A stretch of 20,000 bases of DNA from Hydrurus foetidus (lineage: Eukaryota): positions 109,506 through 129,505 of the forward strand of contig UYFQ01000767.1 in NCBI GenBank assembly GCA_900617105.1, in the 5' to 3' direction. Positions 19,794-20,000 of the stretch are shown one piece after another. The translations under genes were made by a program, and so were the position numbers. A model generated the notes under the pieces. That model did not search any database, had not been told where the DNA came from, and saw nothing but the letters and a program-made list of their open reading frames with translations. Numbering within the stretch: position 1 is the stretch's first letter; every line of letters begins with the position of its first letter.

Positions 19794-20000
19794 CTGAGGA
19801 AACAAACCATCCCTTTCATTGAAAACAGCTCGATTAAATTTATGTGATGTGATGGGTATTAAATTGTAATACTTTGTAGTGAGATTGAATTGAATTAAAT
19901 TGAATTTAGTAAAATTTGAATGATGTGATGTTACATTATGTTAACGAAAGTAAGAATAAAAATAGGAAAAAAGGCACAGCAAAAAGGTAGGAGAAGAAAA

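Overview
Eukaryotic genomic DNA, not prokaryotic. The window holds the middle of one intron-dense gene on the minus strand. I reconstructed 18 exons (4828-12829) with canonical GT-AG boundaries and fully consistent splice phases. They give about 575 aa without a stop: a Ser/Pro-rich linker followed by about 10 armadillo (ARM) repeats of the 'AGACE..L..H...AC.Al..L' (aardvark-like) type. Three more upstream exons (19182-19793) are probable. Neither the start nor the stop codon is in the window. About 52% of the window is two very large, nearly perfect and mutually unrelated minisatellite arrays that appear to lie inside introns of this gene: a 27-bp unit x >=169 (1-4564, cut by the window edge) and a 77-bp unit x ~76.7 (12875-18779). 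Many other introns carry their own private micro- or minisatellite (TAAA, TG, TGATG, TAGTG, 22-bp x4, 38-bp x3). The 77-bp array is polar: the first 38 units are identical and the rest carry recurring variants with higher-order spacing. The 1513-aa ORF in the track is most likely an artefact of the 27-bp repeat. The gene style is compatible with a protist such as a stramenopile, but that is inference only.
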